Assembly: GCA_050011565.1 (NCBI GenBank)
Contig: JBEKIW010000003.1
Coordinates: forward strand, 64,001-128,000
DNA: 64,000 bases
Direction: 5' to 3'
Source of the DNA: Dehalococcoidia bacterium
GTDB taxonomy: Bacteria > Chloroflexota > Dehalococcoidia > GIF9 > UBA5629
Shown here: one piece after another, positions 61,738 through 64,000 of the stretch
How positions within the stretch are numbered: the first letter of the stretch is position 1
Layout: each line of letters opens with the position of its first letter
The notes under the pieces: generated by a model
Told to the model about the DNA's origin: nothing
What the model saw: only the letters and a program-made list of their open reading frames with translations
The model's database searches: none
Made by a program: the position numbers and the translations under genes

Positions 61738-62565
61738 ATGGCAGGCGAGAATAACATAAAGATGCGGATTGAAAAGCTCTGCCTTTCCTTCGGCGGAGTT
61801 AGAGCCCTTATAGATGTAAGTCTCGACGTAAAAGATAAGGCAATTCTAGCTGTTATCGGCCCAAATGGCGCCGGCAAGACCTGCATACTCAACTGCATAA
61901 ACGGCTTCTACAAGCCGCAAGAGGGTGAAATATACTACGAAGGCAAGAAAATCACCCGTCTCCGACCGGATAAGATAGCCAGAATGGGTATAGCCAGGAC
62001 TTTCCAGAACATCGAGCTGTATTCCGGCCTGACAGCCTTAGATAATCTCATGGCTGCCAGGCATGTGTTGATGAAGCAGAGCACAGCCGCGAGCGCTCTA
62101 TATTTCGGTCCCGCCCATAAGGAAGAAATCGAACATCGCCGAGCGGTCGAGGACATCATCGACTTCCTGGAGATAGAGCCGATTAGAAAAAAAGTGGTCG
62201 GCACACTGCCCTACGGAATGCGCAAACGTGTTGAGCTTGGCCGCGCTCTGGCTCTGGAACCGAAAATACTGCTGCTCGACGAACCGATGGCCGGCATGAA
62301 CCTGGAGGAGAAAGAGGACATCGCCCGGTTCATCATAGACATATTCGAGGGGCAGGGAGAAACTTATCCCGAAACACCAGTCCTCAGAGACGGAGTTAGC
62401 TGCATTATTCTGGTGGAGCATGACATGGGAGTGGTGATGGACATAGCCGATAGGATTGCCGTTCTTGATTTCGGGCGCAAGATTGCCGAGGGCACACCGG
62501 AAGAAATCAAAAACAACCCGCAGGTCATATCGGCGTACTTAGGCACAGAAAAAGTTAAAAGTTAA
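61738..62565 (+). CDS. Branched-chain-type ABC transporter ATP-binding protein (LivG-like)
   Basis: GPNGAGKT, RTFQN, LPYGMRKRVEL, LLLDEP, VEHDM. Confidence 0.93.
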   Translation: MAGENNIKMRIEKLCLSFGGVRALIDVSLDVKDKAILAVIGPNGAGKTCILNCINGFYKPQEGEIYYEGKKITRLRPDKIARMGIARTFQNIELYSGLTALDNLMAARHVLMKQSTAASALYFGPAHKEEIEHRRAVEDIIDFLEIEPIRKKVVGTLPYGMRKRVELGRALALEPKILLLDEPMAGMNLEEKEDIARFIIDIFEGQGETYPETPVLRDGVSCIILVEHDMGVVMDIADRIAVLDFGRKIAEGTPEEIKNNPQVISAYLGTEKVKS

Positions 62566-63084
62566 AAACCAAAAGTCAAAAGTACAAATAAAAAATTAAA
62601 AATTATTTCATGCCTTTTAGAGTCATAATATCAGCATAAATTAAATATTAAAAGTTAAAATGCAAAATGATAAGCCAAGATTTAGAGATATGCTCAAAAC
62701 GCGAGTTTACAGTTTTGCGTTGGATATAATCACATTTGTTGACCAATTACCTAAAGGGCAAGTTTCAAGCGTTATCGGTGAGCAATTATTACGGAGTGCC
62801 ACCAGCATTGGAGCCAATGTTGTTGAGTCTCAAGGTGCCGCTTCAAGAAAAGACTATGCTAATTTCTTTCGTCATGCCTTGAAATCAGCTAATGAGACAA
62901 AATTCTGGTTAGGTCTCCTGCGGGATTCAGGTAAAGCGGACAAGATGACAACTGATAAGCTTTTAAAAGAGTCAAATGAATTGGCCAAAATACTGGCTAC
63001 CAGCATCATCACCCTAAAGGGGCGGGGATAATTTTTTAAACTTTTAACTTGAATTTTTGATATTTGAGTTTTGATTTTTGACTT
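62549..63084. mobile_element. Putative cassette: four-helix-bundle gene bracketed by inverted heptamer arrays
   Basis: Left AAAAGTT AAAAGTT AAAAACC AAAAGTC AAAAGTA..AAAAATT AAAAATT; right TTTTAAC..TTTTTGA TATTTGA GTTTTGA TTTTTGA CTT. Mobility is inferred only. Confidence 0.55.
62660..63031 (+). CDS. Four helix bundle protein (TIGR02436/23S rRNA IVP-like)
   Basis: QLLRSATSIGANVVESQGAASRKDY...ALKSANETKFWL...ELAKILATSI. Confidence 0.92.
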   Translation: MQNDKPRFRDMLKTRVYSFALDIITFVDQLPKGQVSSVIGEQLLRSATSIGANVVESQGAASRKDYANFFRHALKSANETKFWLGLLRDSGKADKMTTDKLLKESNELAKILATSIITLKGRG

Positions 63085-63088
63085 ACGT

Positions 63089-63880
63089 TTATAGCCATCG
63101 CTTGCGCCGCTTGTAATGCTTGACTGACCGGTAGCTCTTCTTGGTGCCGACCGCCGATAGGCCCATGTAAAATTCCTTTACGTCTTCGTTATTCCTCAGG
63201 AAATCGGCGGTACCATCGAGCACCACCCGCCCGTTTTCCATGACATAGCCGTAATGGGCGATCTTGAGCGCAATTCTGACATTCTGTTCCACCAGCAAAA
63301 TGGACGTTTTCTTCTCAGTATTGAATCGCTGTATGATGGCATAAATCTCTTCCACCAGCATCGGCGCCAGACCAAGCGACGGCTCATCCAGCATCATAAG
63401 CTTGGGCGCCGACATCATTGCCCGGCCGATGACCAGCATCTGCTGCTCGCCGCCGGAAAGATAGCCGGCAATGTTATGGCGCAGATTTTTAAGCCGCGGA
63501 AAATAGCCATAAACCATGCCCAGGTCTTCTCTAATAGCATGACCGTCTCGTCGGTTATGAGCGCCCACCATAAGGTTCTCCTCAGCAGTCAGATGCCCAA
63601 AGACGCGCCGGCCTTCCAGCGCCTGAACAATACCCAGCTTGCCTATCTCAACCGCACTCTTTTTGTCGATTCTCTGTCCGTCCCACTCAATGCTGCCGTC
63701 AACCACATCCCCCTCTTCAACTTGAAGCAGGCCGGATATGGCTTTGAGCGTGGTGGTTTTGCCGGCACCGTTGGCGCCCAGCAGAGCCACCACAGTGCAG
63801 TCCTCGACAGCCAAAGAGATGCCGTGTAAAACTCTTATCACGTTCAGATAGGCAACTTCGATGCTGTTCAGTCTAAGCAT
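63089..63880 (-). CDS. Branched-chain-type ABC transporter ATP-binding protein (LivF-like)
   Basis: GANGAGKTT, EGRRVF, LSGGEQQML, LDEPSLGLAP, VEQN, C-terminal KHYKRRKRWL. Confidence 0.94.
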   Translation of the reverse strand: MLRLNSIEVAYLNVIRVLHGISLAVEDCTVVALLGANGAGKTTTLKAISGLLQVEEGDVVDGSIEWDGQRIDKKSAVEIGKLGIVQALEGRRVFGHLTAEENLMVGAHNRRDGHAIREDLGMVYGYFPRLKNLRHNIAGYLSGGEQQMLVIGRAMMSAPKLMMLDEPSLGLAPMLVEEIYAIIQRFNTEKKTSILLVEQNVRIALKIAHYGYVMENGRVVLDGTADFLRNNEDVKEFYMGLSAVGTKKSYRSVKHYKRRKRWL

Positions 63881-63894
63881 ATGGCCTGCTCTGG

Positions 63895-63927
63895 GCAGGG
63901 TCTCCCCCTTTCCGGGGGAGACCCTGC
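63895..63927. other. Perfect 14-bp GC-rich hairpin between the upstream gene and the LivF-like gene
   Basis: GCAGGGTCTCCCCC-TTTCC-GGGGGAGACCCTGC; no U-tract. Confidence 0.7.
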
Positions 63928-63942
63928 TAGAATCAACAATCG

Positions 63943-64000
63943 TTACTTTCCAAACCAGTCGTACGTTTCATACTTAATCAGGGGCGCTTCCACCCAGTCA
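63943..64000 (-). CDS. 3' end of a gene running off the window (possibly the ABC substrate-binding protein)
   Basis: Reads ...DWVEAPLIKYETYDWFGK-TAA; product guessed from its position upstream of the LivF-like gene. Confidence 0.45.
   Translation of the reverse strand, partial: DWVEAPLIKYETYDWFGK

Noticed and set aside
62660-63031. Diversity-generating retroelement (Avd-like gene) or 23S rRNA intervening sequence
   Set aside because: No reverse transcriptase, no TR/VR pair with adenine-specific mismatches and no rRNA sequence is visible.
63895-63927. Intrinsic terminator
   Set aside because: No U-tract on either strand; more likely an intra-operon mRNA-stabilising hairpin.

Overview
Gene-dense bacterial chromosome segment, probably Chloroflexota class Dehalococcoidia (inferred from RpoB/RpoC, alpha2-type GlyRS, GuaB3-type IMPDH, a large SRP RNA and a BNR-type surface protein). 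It is mostly housekeeping: ruvB, rpoBC, hpt, ade, sbcD, glyQS, trxA, ccdA, a tRNA nucleotidyltransferase, ispE, rsmA, ffs, thiL, tsaE, tsaB, ndk, rsfS, ftsH, metG and rsmI. It also has four nitronate-monooxygenase/FabK-like paralogues, a NarL-type two-component system and two Liv-type ABC ATPases. No rRNA, tRNA, CRISPR, integrase or transposase was seen. Unexplained structure: (1) strand-asymmetric, inverted arrays of ~7-nt repeats, one enclosing a four-helix-bundle (TIGR02436-like) gene and five without a gene; (2) trxA-ccdA followed by four exported redoxin proteins, one with a Cys-less redoxin domain fused to zinc ribbons, a TM helix and FN3-like domains; (3) an AT-rich orphan gene between 35-bp direct repeats that copy the start of a DRG-type GTPase gene; (4) a 24-aa CxxC Lys/Ala-rich micro-ORF with its own promoter and RBS; (5) an in-frame TGA in a thermonuclease; (6) a TGTCATT...AATCTC palindrome family; (7) several apparently leaderless genes. 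All family assignments come from motif recognition by eye, not database searches.
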